Shown: positions 1 through 11,424, counted from the stretch's first letter. The stretch is 64,000 nucleotides of DNA from Alphaproteobacteria bacterium (GCA_030426685.1 JAUHYC010000007.1:19221-83220), one strand, 5' to 3'. Numbers and translations are program-made. The notes: generated from the letters alone by a model not told the origin.

Positions 1-30
1 GGCAGACAGCCCCCCTGACCCGGCCCGTCC

Positions 31-681
31 TTACGACGGCGCCTTGGTCTTGCGCAGATAGGGGAAAATCGTCTCGAACTCGCCAAACTTCTCTTTGGCC
101 TCGTCATTCGATACGGCAGGCGGAATGATCACATCTTCGCCCGGAACCCAGTTGGCCGGGGTTGCGACACCTTTGGCGCTCATCTGCAGACCGTCCAGCG
201 CACGCAGGATCTCGGCGAAGTTTCGGCCCACGGTCATGGGATAGGTCATCGACAACTTCAGCTGCTTGTCCGGCCCGATGATGAAGACCGAGCGCACGGT
301 GGCGCTGTCGGCGGGAGTGCGGCCATCGGGCAGGTAGGCCTCGGCCGGCAGCATGTCGAAGGCTTTGGACACGGCCAGACCGTCGTCGGCAATAATCGGG
401 AAGCCGGGATTGGCATTGCCGTATGCCTCGATGTCTTTCTTCCACTTCTTGTGGTCCTCGACCCCGTCGACCGACACGCCAATTACCTTGGTGTTCCGCG
501 CCGCCCACTCATCGTTGAGCTGTGCGACAGCGGAAAACTCGGTGGTGCAGACCGGGGTAAAATCCTTGGGGTGCGAGAACAGGATCGCCCAGCTATCGCC
601 GATCCAGTCATGAAACTGGACGGTGCCCTGATCCGTTTCTGCGGTGAAATTCGGGACGGTGTCGTTGATACGCAAACCCAT
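31..681 (-). CDS. 1-Cys peroxiredoxin (Prx6 family)
   Basis: FSHPKDFTPVCTTE active-site motif; start moved to MGLRIND (AGGAG upstream). Confidence 0.93.
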   Translation of the reverse strand: MGLRINDTVPNFTAETDQGTVQFHDWIGDSWAILFSHPKDFTPVCTTEFSAVAQLNDEWAARNTKVIGVSVDGVEDHKKWKKDIEAYGNANPGFPIIADDGLAVSKAFDMLPAEAYLPDGRTPADSATVRSVFIIGPDKQLKLSMTYPMTVGRNFAEILRALDGLQMSAKGVATPANWVPGEDVIIPPAVSNDEAKEKFGEFETIFPYLRKTKAPS

Positions 682-790
682 GGGAGATCTCCTTTCCTGA
701 GAAATTGATGAGTCGGTTGCTGTCAACCTAGTCACTTTGCGCAGAGGTTAAACCATTCATCGTGCTCTGCCAGAAGATTCGGCGGTCGGA

Positions 791-806
791 TAATTTGATC
801 AAATTA
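791..806. promoter_or_regulatory. perfect 16-bp palindrome TAATTTGATCAAATTA, probable transcription-factor operator
   Basis: AT-rich perfect inverted repeat in the divergent prx/ALDH intergenic region. Confidence 0.55.
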
Positions 807-899
807 CGATTTCCCCCTTGCCCGACACCGGGTCGGGTGACAGAGTGCCCTCGAAAACCGACCGCTTGGTCGATTGATTCCTATTCGGGAGAATGAGCC

Positions 900-2339
900 A
901 TGCTTGAAAAACGTGATTTCTATATCAACGGCAAATGGGTCGCCCCATCAGCGGCGCATGATTTCGAGGTCATCGACCCCTCGACCGAAGAACCCTGCGC
1001 GGTGATTTCACTAGGCTCCGCGGCGGATACAAACGCCGCCGTTGCTGCAGCGAAGGCCGCTCTGCCCGGTTGGATGGCAACGCCGGTTGAAGAGCGTATC
1101 GCGCTGGTCGAAAAGCTGGTCGACATCTACGCGACGCGGTCCGAGGATCTGGCGCAGGCGATGTCGATGGAGATGGGTGCGCCGATTGATATGGCACGTA
1201 CCCAGCAATCCGGAGCCGGCATCTGGCATCTAAAAAATTTCATCCGCGCCGCCAAGGCTTTTCAGTTCGAACGCCCGCTGGGCGATCATGCGCCCAATGA
1301 CCGGATCATCCATGAGGCGGTTGGGGTGGCTGCCCTGATCACGCCGTGGAATTGGCCGATGAACCAGATCACTCTGAAAGTGGGGGCCGCGGCAATTGCA
1401 GGATGTACGATGGTACTGAAACCATCGGAACAAAGCCCGCTGAACGCGATGATCTTTGCCGAGATGATGGATGAGGCCGGTTTCCCCCCCGGCGTGTTCA
1501 ACCTTGTGAACGGCGATGGCGCGGGCGTCGGCTCTCAGCTGTCGGCGCATCCGGATGTCGACATGATCAGCTTTACCGGCTCCACCCGCGCGGGCACGGC
1601 AATCTCCAAGAATGCCGCCGATACATTGAAGAAGGTGCATCTGGAATTGGGTGGCAAGGGTGCGAATGTGGTCTTTGCCGATGCGGATGAGAAAGCCATC
1701 AAGCGCGGCGTTTTGCACATGATGAACAACACCGGCCAGAGCTGTAACGCCCCCAGCCGGATGCTGGTACAGCGCCCGATATACGAACAGGCTGTCGAGA
1801 CGGCGGCCGAGGTGGCGAACAAGGTCTCGGTCGGGCCCGCCTCGGAAGAAGGCCGCCATATCGGCCCCGTGGTGAATGAGCTGCAGTGGACCAAGATTCA
1901 GGATCTGATCCAGAAAGGCATCGACGAGGGCGCGCGCCTGGTTGCCGGTGGCACCGGGCGGCCCGAGGGGTTGAACAAGGGCTACTATGTCCGCCCCACG
2001 GTGTTTGCCGATGCCAACAACCAGATGACCATCGCGCGCGAGGAAATCTTTGGCCCGGTGCTGACCATGATCCCCTTCGACACCGAGGAAGAGGCCGTCG
2101 AGATCGCCAATGACACGCCGTATGGCCTGACCAACTATGTCCAGACGCAGGACGGTGCCCGCGCCAATCGCATGGCACGGGTGCTGCGCTCGGGTATGGT
2201 CGAGATGAACGGCCAGTCGCGCAGTGCGGGTTCTCCGTTCGGTGGCATGAAGCAGTCCGGCAACGGGCGCGAGGGTGGCGTCTGGGGGCTGGAGGACTTC
2301 CTTGAGGTCAAGGCCGTCGGCGGCTGGGCCGCCGAATAA
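900..2339 (+). CDS. NAD-dependent aldehyde dehydrogenase
   Basis: ITPWNWP, FTGSTRAG, LELGGKG, GQSCNAP (catalytic Cys), EEIFGPV motifs. Confidence 0.95.
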   Translation: MLEKRDFYINGKWVAPSAAHDFEVIDPSTEEPCAVISLGSAADTNAAVAAAKAALPGWMATPVEERIALVEKLVDIYATRSEDLAQAMSMEMGAPIDMARTQQSGAGIWHLKNFIRAAKAFQFERPLGDHAPNDRIIHEAVGVAALITPWNWPMNQITLKVGAAAIAGCTMVLKPSEQSPLNAMIFAEMMDEAGFPPGVFNLVNGDGAGVGSQLSAHPDVDMISFTGSTRAGTAISKNAADTLKKVHLELGGKGANVVFADADEKAIKRGVLHMMNNTGQSCNAPSRMLVQRPIYEQAVETAAEVANKVSVGPASEEGRHIGPVVNELQWTKIQDLIQKGIDEGARLVAGGTGRPEGLNKGYYVRPTVFADANNQMTIAREEIFGPVLTMIPFDTEEEAVEIANDTPYGLTNYVQTQDGARANRMARVLRSGMVEMNGQSRSAGSPFGGMKQSGNGREGGVWGLEDFLEVKAVGGWAAE

Positions 2340-2363
2340 CCCGGCGCCTCTATCAGGTGTTTT

Positions 2364-2397
2364 GGGCGAGGCGCTTAATGTGCCTCGCCCCTTTTTT
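2364..2397 (+). terminator. intrinsic terminator of ALDH
   Basis: GGGCGAGGCGC-TTAAT-GTGCCTCGCCC stem followed by CTTTTTT. Confidence 0.8.
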
Positions 2398-2398
2398 C

Positions 2399-2833
2399 TT
2401 AAGCGGGCCGAACCACCAGCTGCGGTTCCCCGTCCGAGGTCTGGCGCGGAGAACGCCCGTCCCAGCCGATCTCACCGGTCACGCGCTGCCGGAAGGACGA
2501 GAAACTGTCGAATCGCACCACATCCACGGGTTTGTCGAACTGCAGGGTCACGCGGCGATGCGCGCCGTCCCCCATCTTTGTCATACCGCGAATTTCTGCG
2601 GTGAACGGCTGACCCAGATAGAGCCCCTCAACCCGGTCGCCCACACGCAACCGCATCCGGTTGCCCGCCATCGCGTGCAAGGTGTTCCAATCGCGCACGC
2701 CGTGCTGATGGGCCACCATTTCCAGCGCTTCGCTATGGGACAGGCTGATGCCCGTCTGACGCAGTTTCTCACGCAGGCGCTTGGCCTGCGCCTTCAGCTC
2801 CTCAACCGGAGCTATATCTTGGGATAATGTCAT
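2399..2833 (-). CDS. glyoxalase-superfamily protein (N-terminal 'AQAKRLR...HSEALEMVAHQHGVRDWNTL' domain)
   Basis: Characteristic N-terminal motif of this alphaproteobacterial family; recognised by eye. Confidence 0.7.
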   Translation of the reverse strand: MTLSQDIAPVEELKAQAKRLREKLRQTGISLSHSEALEMVAHQHGVRDWNTLHAMAGNRMRLRVGDRVEGLYLGQPFTAEIRGMTKMGDGAHRRVTLQFDKPVDVVRFDSFSSFRQRVTGEIGWDGRSPRQTSDGEPQLVVRPA

Positions 2834-3009
2834 GTTTTGCCTCGTTTCCTCGAACGGCGCGAGATCTGGACGGGGTTCGCATTGCCATCCGCGCGCCGGG
2901 AAAGGGCAGCAGATGTGTCAGTAACCGGGTTTCACCAAAGCCAAAGGCCGCGAACGGCAGGAGACCCGAACCTGCCGCGGCTTCTGGCAGCCTCCGGTCC
3001 TTCTGTCAG

Positions 3010-3852
3010 TCAGGCATCCGCATGCGCCGCCTCATAGGCCAGCATGGCGCGTTTGACGGGCAGGCCCCAGTGATAGCCACCCAAGCCGCCGGATTTGCGC
3101 AGGGCGCGGTGACAGGGGATCAGCCAGCTGACCGGGTTGCGCCCTACGGCGGTACCGACCGCACGCACCGCCTGCGGCGACCCCACCCGCTGGGCGATCT
3201 CGGAATAGGTGGTGACCTGCCCCGAGGGGATATGCATCAGCGCTTCCCAGACCTTGATCTGCAGGGGCGAGCCGATCAGATGCAAAGGTGTTTCCGACCG
3301 ATCCGCACCAAAAGCACTGTGTGCCCACGGGTGCAAGCGCTTGGAATCTTCCAAAAATTCCGCCTTCGGCCAGCGTGACCGCATATCCTCCATCGCGGCT
3401 TGCTCACCCGTCTCAGACGCAAAGGCGATGCCGCAGATGCCTTTGTCGGTACCCATGACCAGCGCCGGGCCAAAGGGGCTGTCGAACCAGCCCCAGTAAA
3501 TCGTCAGCCCCTCACCCTTGCGGGCGTATTCGCCGGGGCTCATGGATTCCCATTTCAGGAACAGATCGTGCAGGCGGCCGCTGCCTGAGAGGCCGACGTT
3601 ATGCGCGGTTTCCAGCGTGGTGAACCGCTCGCGCAGCAGCGCCTTGGCATGGCCCAGCGTCAGGTATTGCTGGTAGCGCTTCGGCGATACTCCGGTCCAG
3701 CGCGAAAACAGGCGCTGAAAATGCGCGGGGCTCATGTCCATCTGACGGGCGAGCTCTTCCAGGCTGAGGGTTTCACCGCCCTGGTCGATCAGCTCGATCG
3801 CACGCCGCATAACATTGAAATGATAGCCAGTTTCGGGATTTTGGACGTTCAT
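3010..3852 (-). CDS. ada: AraC-HTH / methylated-DNA-protein-cysteine methyltransferase (Ada-like)
   Basis: MSPAHFQRLF HTH; C-terminal NPVSWLIPCHR alkyl-acceptor motif. Confidence 0.92.
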   Translation of the reverse strand: MNVQNPETGYHFNVMRRAIELIDQGGETLSLEELARQMDMSPAHFQRLFSRWTGVSPKRYQQYLTLGHAKALLRERFTTLETAHNVGLSGSGRLHDLFLKWESMSPGEYARKGEGLTIYWGWFDSPFGPALVMGTDKGICGIAFASETGEQAAMEDMRSRWPKAEFLEDSKRLHPWAHSAFGADRSETPLHLIGSPLQIKVWEALMHIPSGQVTTYSEIAQRVGSPQAVRAVGTAVGRNPVSWLIPCHRALRKSGGLGGYHWGLPVKRAMLAYEAAHADA

Positions 3853-3926
3853 GACTCACCTCTTCGCTTGCAGGAACAATACCGCGTGCGGTCTGTTGCT
3901 GCGACCCGAAACTTGCGCATCTGCTT

Positions 3927-3941
3927 GTCAACTCAGTTGAC
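3927..3941. promoter_or_regulatory. perfect 7-1-7 palindrome GTCAACT-C-AGTTGAC, probable MarR operator
   Basis: Lies 30 bp upstream of the MarR start. Confidence 0.55.
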
Positions 3942-3971
3942 GAATCATTTCCGAACGGCCTAAGTAAAAGC

Positions 3972-4421
3972 ATGACGCACTCATTGGACCATCTTTATGA
4001 CGCGGTTCAGGCCACGCGGCCGCTGCTGCGCAACATCACCGCAGCAGTCGAGCGGGGCAGCATCCGCAAAGGTGTGACCGTGGGACAGCGCGCAATCCTG
4101 GAAGGGTTATCGCTGTTTCCCGGCGCATCAGCACCGGATTTGTGCGCAAAGCTGCAACTGAAACGGCAATATGTCGCGCGCATCCTGCAGGAGGTCCGGC
4201 AGGCGGAACTGGTCGAAGCCCGTGCCAATCCCAAGCGCGCCCGCTCTTACTGTTACTGGCTGACACCCGGGGGCAAGGATGTGATCACCGCCATCAGAGC
4301 TGAAGAGATGGCGAAACTATCCAGATTCTCGGACGATTTCTCACCCGAAGAACTTGCGACCTATCACAGGGTGCAGCTTGCGCTTACACAGTTCTTCGCC
4401 GACATCGCCAAGGAGGCTTGA
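3972..4421 (+). CDS. MarR-family transcriptional regulator
   Basis: 149 aa; winged-HTH pattern (QYVARILQEV...ELVE..ANP..ARSY.YWLTPGG). Confidence 0.85.
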   Translation: MTHSLDHLYDAVQATRPLLRNITAAVERGSIRKGVTVGQRAILEGLSLFPGASAPDLCAKLQLKRQYVARILQEVRQAELVEARANPKRARSYCYWLTPGGKDVITAIRAEEMAKLSRFSDDFSPEELATYHRVQLALTQFFADIAKEA

Positions 4422-4422
4422 G

Positions 4423-5067
4423 ATGGCTGTATTCTGGATCATTCTCGCCGCGATTGTCCTTTTGGTGCTCTATATCCTCAACGAAATTCGCAGGATTGGC
4501 ACGCCCACCACCGGACAAGCGATCGATCTGACCTCGCGCCCGGGCTGCGCGCTGGTGGTGATCGACATGCAATCGGATTTTACAACAAGGCCTGGATGGA
4601 ACCCGGCCGATGTAGAGAATGCGCTGTCAAATATTCGAAGATCGACGAACAAAGCGCGCCAATCCGACATGCCCGTAATCGCCATCCGGCAGGTATTCAA
4701 AGGCAGGCTGGCGAACCTGTTGAATGGCTGGTTCAATCAGGGTCGCGGCAATGAAGGATCCGCCGGAACGGGATTCGATCCGCGTCTTGATCTGACCCCT
4801 GACGCCGAATTCGTCAAATCCATGGGGGATGCCTTTTCTTCCCTGGCGTTCGAACAATTTCTCAGCGCAAACCGGATCGGAACCCTGATCCTGACCGGCC
4901 TTGATGGCTGCCATTGTGTCAACAAGACTGCGCAAGGGGCATTGAACCGGGGGTATCGCGTGCAGATCGATCCCGCAGCTGTTCTGGCGGCAGATTCAAG
5001 GCATTGGTCAAAAGTCACAAAGAACCTGCTGGCTGCCGGTGCCGAGTTCCGGGGGCTGTCGGCGTAA
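4423..5067 (+). CDS. isochorismatase-family cysteine hydrolase with N-terminal membrane anchor
   Basis: VIDMQSDF (Asp), FVKSMGDAF (Lys), GLDGCHCV (Cys); hydrophobic N-terminus; 1 bp after MarR stop. Confidence 0.85.
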   Translation: MAVFWIILAAIVLLVLYILNEIRRIGTPTTGQAIDLTSRPGCALVVIDMQSDFTTRPGWNPADVENALSNIRRSTNKARQSDMPVIAIRQVFKGRLANLLNGWFNQGRGNEGSAGTGFDPRLDLTPDAEFVKSMGDAFSSLAFEQFLSANRIGTLILTGLDGCHCVNKTAQGALNRGYRVQIDPAAVLAADSRHWSKVTKNLLAAGAEFRGLSA

Positions 5068-5151
5068 AATCATCTGGCACATTGCGACGGTGTTGCCGAA
5101 GGTCTGCATTTTCAATTGCAGCCCGCCGCGCTGCACGGCATTAAGGCGCGG

Positions 5152-5796
5152 ATGGCCAAGCAACTCGATTATCACACGATCCGCGAGATCTTTGCGCGTT
5201 TCCATGACGCTGACCCCGAGCCCAAGGGTGAGCTTGAGCATGTGAACGTCTACACTCTGGTCGTGGCTGTGGCGCTATCGGCGCAGGCGACCGATGCGGG
5301 GGTCAACAAGGCCACGCGCACGCTGTTCCAAATCGCCGATACGCCCGAAAAGATGCTGGATCTGGGCGAAGAGGGACTGATCGAACATATCAAGACCATC
5401 GGTCTGTTCCGGCAGAAGGCCAAGAACGTCATCAAACTCAGCCGCATTCTGGTCGAGGAGTATGGCGGCGAGGTGCCCAATTCCCGTGCCGCGCTGCAAT
5501 CGCTGCCCGGTGTCGGGCGCAAGACGGCCAATGTGGTTCTGAATATGTGGTGGCGATACCCGGCGCAGGCGGTGGACACGCATATCTTCCGCGTCGGTAA
5601 CCGCACTGGCATCTGTCCCGGCAAGCATGTGGATGCGGTCGAGCGCGCCATCGAGGACAATATTCCGGTCGATTTCCAATTGCATGCGCATCACTGGCTG
5701 ATCCTGCATGGCCGCTATCACTGCAAGGCGCGTAAGCCGCAATGCCCAACCTGCATCATCCGCGATCTCTGTCAATTCGAGGACAAAACCCAATGA
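5152..5796 (+). CDS. nth: endonuclease III
   Basis: LPGVGRKTANVVL HhH motif, AVDTH, C-x6-C-x2-C-x5-C 4Fe-4S motif. Confidence 0.96.
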   Translation: MAKQLDYHTIREIFARFHDADPEPKGELEHVNVYTLVVAVALSAQATDAGVNKATRTLFQIADTPEKMLDLGEEGLIEHIKTIGLFRQKAKNVIKLSRILVEEYGGEVPNSRAALQSLPGVGRKTANVVLNMWWRYPAQAVDTHIFRVGNRTGICPGKHVDAVERAIEDNIPVDFQLHAHHWLILHGRYHCKARKPQCPTCIIRDLCQFEDKTQ

Positions 5797-6782
5797 AAAC
5801 CTACCAGCTTGTCGGCATCGGAAATGCCGTCGTGGACGTAATTTCCCAGGCCGATGACAATTTCCTTGAACTGATGGGGATCGAAAAAGGCATCATGCAG
5901 CTGATCGAGCGCGATCGGGGCGAGGTGCTGTATGGCGCGATGGAAGGCCGGGTGCAGACCCCCGGCGGCTCGGTCGCCAACACCATCGCGGGGGCTGGGG
6001 CACTGGGGCTGGAGGCCGCCTTTATCGGCCGCGTGCATGACGACGCGCTGGGGCGGTTCTACGCGGATGCGATGAACGAGGACGGCGTGGATTTCGTCAA
6101 CCCGCCGGTGCCGGGGGGCGAATTGCCGACCTCACGCTCGATGATCTTTGTGTCGCCCGATGGCGAGCGGTCGATGAACACATATCTGGGGATTTCGTCG
6201 GAACTGTCTTCGAAGGACGTGCCCGCCGAGGTCGCCGGAAACAGCCAGATTATGTTCCTTGAAGGGTATCTGTTCGACAAGGAAAAGGGCAAGGCCGCTT
6301 TTCTTGAGGCCGCGCGCGATTGCCACAAAGGCGGCGGCAAGACCGGCATCGCCATCTCCGACCCGTTCTGCGTCGAACGGCACCGCTCGGACTTCCTGCT
6401 GCTGATCGAACATGAGCTGGATTTCGTCATCGGCAACGAGGCCGAGATCAAGTCGCTGTTCGAAACCGACGATCTTGAGGAGGCGCTGGCGAAAACCACC
6501 GAGATCTGCCCGCTGGTCGTCTGCACCCGGTCGGGCGACGGGGTGACGGTGCTGAACGGCGCGGCCCGCATCGATGTGCCGGTGGAAAAGATTGTCCCGG
6601 TGGACGCCACCGGTGCCGGTGACCAGTTCGCCGCCGGCTTCCTGTTCGGCATGGCCACCGGCCGCGACTATGAGACCTGCGCCCGCATGGGTAATGTCTG
6701 CGCCCGCGAAGTGATTTCGCATATTGGGCCGCGCCCGGAAGCGAATATGGTGGAGCTGTTGCGGGAGGCGGGGCTGGTTTGA
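5793..6782 (+). CDS. PfkB-family kinase (adenosine kinase-like)
   Basis: GIGNAVVD, PGGSVANT, DATGAGDQFAAG signature. Confidence 0.92.
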   Translation: MKTYQLVGIGNAVVDVISQADDNFLELMGIEKGIMQLIERDRGEVLYGAMEGRVQTPGGSVANTIAGAGALGLEAAFIGRVHDDALGRFYADAMNEDGVDFVNPPVPGGELPTSRSMIFVSPDGERSMNTYLGISSELSSKDVPAEVAGNSQIMFLEGYLFDKEKGKAAFLEAARDCHKGGGKTGIAISDPFCVERHRSDFLLLIEHELDFVIGNEAEIKSLFETDDLEEALAKTTEICPLVVCTRSGDGVTVLNGAARIDVPVEKIVPVDATGAGDQFAAGFLFGMATGRDYETCARMGNVCAREVISHIGPRPEANMVELLREAGLV

Positions 6783-6792
6783 GGAATACCGT

Positions 6793-6840
6793 TTTGCGGA
6801 CAACGCGGACCTTCGATCTACCGCAAGAAACGTCTGCTTT
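6793..6840. repeat. degenerate palindromic intergenic repeat (AACGCGGACCTT...AACGTCTGCTTT)
   Basis: Imperfect inverted repeat (9/12); related motifs at 7306-7362 and 29362-29379. Confidence 0.45.
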
Positions 6841-6846
6841 CCGACG

Positions 6847-7275
6847 TCAGCAAACGGCTCCTTCCGTCAACGACAACGTGGTAAGGAGGCGAACCAACGC
6901 ATCAGACGGACTTTCAGCCCCCCGCGTCTCATGTACAATTTGCACTTCGGAAAAGATGATCTCCACGGTAACGTCATTGAACGATATCGTCCAAAAGCGC
7001 GGCGAGCGTGCTTTCCATTTTGTTGTACGGTCGCTGTCGCAAACCTCCGTAAAGTCCCATGCTTTCGTAGGATACTTTGCGTCGCGCAACCCTTCCACAC
7101 TGATTGGGTTTTTTTCGAAATGGATCACATCTAAAAATTTGAGAATGGCAATACCACCTCCTGCTACAGGTGCGATGTCGTAGCTAAGCAGCAGATCATA
7201 TCCATCGAAAAAAATTGCCGGGTTTTCAATGGTGCCAATAGTTGGAAAATCCTCTTGTGGGGTTCTACTTTCCAT
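6847..7275 (-). CDS. hypothetical protein, AT-rich accessory gene
   Basis: 142-aa ORF with GAAGGA RBS; visibly lower GC and different codon usage than flanks. Confidence 0.7.
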   Translation of the reverse strand: MESRTPQEDFPTIGTIENPAIFFDGYDLLLSYDIAPVAGGGIAILKFLDVIHFEKNPISVEGLRDAKYPTKAWDFTEVCDSDRTTKWKARSPRFWTISFNDVTVEIIFSEVQIVHETRGAESPSDALVRLLTTLSLTEGAVC

Positions 7276-7305
7276 AATTTCCTTCGAAAATGGGTCTCAA
7301 TCTAT

Positions 7306-7362
7306 AAAGTAGACCTTGGCGCAGTTCGAAGCATTGGTCAAACTAGACTCAAAGCAGACAAG
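7306..7362. repeat. degenerate copy of the same repeat (AAAGTAGACCTT ... AAAGCAGACAAG)
   Basis: Shares the AAAGYRGAC core with 6802-6840. Confidence 0.4.
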
Positions 7363-7368
7363 CAGCTC

Positions 7369-7854
7369 TCACCCCAAATACCCGCCGAAAACCTCAATTA
7401 CCCGCTCATACACATCCCGTTTGAACGGCACGATCTCTTCCACCAGCCGGTCGGGGTCCTGCCATTTCCAGTGGGTGAATTCGGGGTGGTCGGTTTCTAT
7501 TTTGATCTGATCGTCACTCCCGAGAAACCGCATCAGGTACCATTTCTGCTCCTGTCCGCGATACTGGCCCTTCCAGATCTTCGGCACGATGTCATGCGGC
7601 AGGTCATAGGGCAGCCAGCCGTCGGTCTCGGCGATGATTTCGACCAAATCTGCGGTGACGCCGGTTTCTTCCCACAGCTCGCGCAGCGCGGCGTTGCGGG
7701 GGTCTTCGCCTTCGTCGACGCCACCCTGAGGCATTTGCCAGGCGTCCTTGTGGCGATCATTGCGCTGACCGACGAAAATCTTGCCCTTGGCATTCATCAG
7801 CATCAGCCCGACGCAGGGGCGGTAGGGCAGTTTGGCGATTTCTTCGGGGGTCAT
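7369..7854 (-). CDS. rppH: RNA pyrophosphohydrolase (Nudix)
   Basis: [29 protein letters not shown] Nudix box, YRGQEQKW. Confidence 0.93.
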   Translation of the reverse strand: MTPEEIAKLPYRPCVGLMLMNAKGKIFVGQRNDRHKDAWQMPQGGVDEGEDPRNAALRELWEETGVTADLVEIIAETDGWLPYDLPHDIVPKIWKGQYRGQEQKWYLMRFLGSDDQIKIETDHPEFTHWKWQDPDRLVEEIVPFKRDVYERVIEVFGGYLG

Positions 7855-7926
7855 GCGCGGCCTCGTGAACATGGTTTGCAGCGTCTCTAGCAAGTGGTGC
7901 GGCAAAGGCAAAGGGAATGACGTTAG

Positions 7927-10020
<2,094 letters not shown>

Positions 10021-10038
10021 GCCACTGGCCCTGCCGGT

Positions 10039-10647
10039 CTAATCTGCCATGGCCAGCTTGACGCCCAGCGCGCCAAATGCGGTTGCAAAGCACCGCTTGA
10101 TCCATGCCATGACTGAGGGGCGTCGGATGACGTAATCGCGCGCCAGTGCCGCGCAGGCGCCATAGGCGATAAAAACCACAAACGTCATCGCCATGAAGGC
10201 AAGGGCGAGCAACACCAGCGCACCTCCGGCATTTGCGGTGCCAGTTGGCAGAAACTGCGGCAGGAAGGCCAGAAAGAACAGCGACAGCTTTGGATTGAGG
10301 ACATTGATCAACGTGCCGGTGACCGCAATTTTCAGGTAGCTACCAGAAGATTTATCCGTATCGACCTCCATCGCGCCACCATCCCGGACGATCCCCCACG
10401 CCATGTAGAACAGGTACAGGACGCCAAAGTATTTGAGCACCTGAAACGCAAGCACGCTGGTATGCAGCAGGGCTGCAAGCCCGATGATGCTGGCCACGGC
10501 TGCCGGTACTATCCCGAAAGTGCAGCCGATCGCGGCGGCTGTGCTGGCGCGAAAACCACGGCCAAGCCCGACGGCCAGCGTGTAGATCACACCGGTGCCG
10601 GGCAACAGGACCACGATCAACGAGGTCAGAATGAATTCCAATGACAT
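10039..10647 (-). CDS. LysE-family translocator
   Basis: LLPGTGVIY, G-C-T-F-G, INVLNPKLSLFFLAFLPQF. Confidence 0.92.
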   Translation of the reverse strand: MSLEFILTSLIVVLLPGTGVIYTLAVGLGRGFRASTAAAIGCTFGIVPAAVASIIGLAALLHTSVLAFQVLKYFGVLYLFYMAWGIVRDGGAMEVDTDKSSGSYLKIAVTGTLINVLNPKLSLFFLAFLPQFLPTGTANAGGALVLLALAFMAMTFVVFIAYGACAALARDYVIRRPSVMAWIKRCFATAFGALGVKLAMAD

Positions 10648-10710
10648 GCGCTTCCCCTTCAACTCCGGCGCATGCTTTCCGAGTTTCGAAGGCAAGTAAA
10701 GAGTGCCTTT

Positions 10711-11054
10711 TCAACGCTCTTTGTCGCGCGTGTCTTCCGGCACCTGATCCCGGTCGGTCAGGCCATAGTCGCGGCACACGGCGGCCACGCGCAGGCGGTA
10801 GCCTCGAAACAGGCCCGCGCGTCCGCGTGATTGTGCCCCGCGATGTTGCGTCATGGCGCGCCATTCAGCCACCGCCGCCTCATCCCGCCAGAAGGACAGC
10901 GACAAGTATTTTCCGGAGTGGTCAGGCTCTGGAAACGCTCGACCGAGATGAAGCCGTCGACCTTGTCCAGCAGCGGGCGCAGGTCGGCGGCGATGTCCAG
11001 ATAGGTCTGGGTTTCGCCTTCGGCAGGCTCAACTTCAAATATGACTGCGATCAT
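10711..11054 (-). pseudogene. antibiotic-biosynthesis monooxygenase (ABM), frameshifted
   Basis: MIAVIFEVEP...FISVERFQSLTTP continues in another frame as KYLSLSFWRDEAAVAEW; one base missing near 10907-10916. Confidence 0.8.
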
Positions 11055-11374
11055 GAGGTCTCTCCGTGCGGTGTGGACACGCATTTAAGCCAGGTCCGGT
11101 CTTCGCGCAGGATAAAGCGTTCCTTTTGGGCAAAGGCATAGTTCTGCTGCCCTATAGGATCGGCGGCCAGGCGGGCGCGATAGGCTTCGTATTCGGTCAG
11201 GCTGGATATGTTGTAGATGCCATAGGCGAGCGTCGATGACCCTTCGTGCGGGGCGTAGTAGCCGATCAGATCGGCGCCACAGCGTGGGATCGCCTGCCCC
11301 CAATTGCGCGCATAGGTCTGAAACTGGTCCTTCTTTGTCGGGTCGATCTGGTAGCGGATGATACAAGTCAGCAT
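11051..11374 (-). CDS. NIPSNAP-family protein
   Basis: CIIRYQIDP...IPRCGADLIGYYAPHEG...YEAYRARL; overlaps the ABM start by 4 bp. Confidence 0.88.
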   Translation of the reverse strand: MLTCIIRYQIDPTKKDQFQTYARNWGQAIPRCGADLIGYYAPHEGSSTLAYGIYNISSLTEYEAYRARLAADPIGQQNYAFAQKERFILREDRTWLKCVSTPHGETS

Positions 11375-11424
11375 GGTGGCCTCCGGTTGGTTGCGAGGCT
11401 CAGAATACACTCTTGGATGATGCT

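Noticed and set aside
3010-7854. DNA-repair island (ada, nth, Nudix)
   Set aside because: Ordinary housekeeping genes; the Nudix is RppH (RNA decay), and I noticed no LexA box upstream of them.
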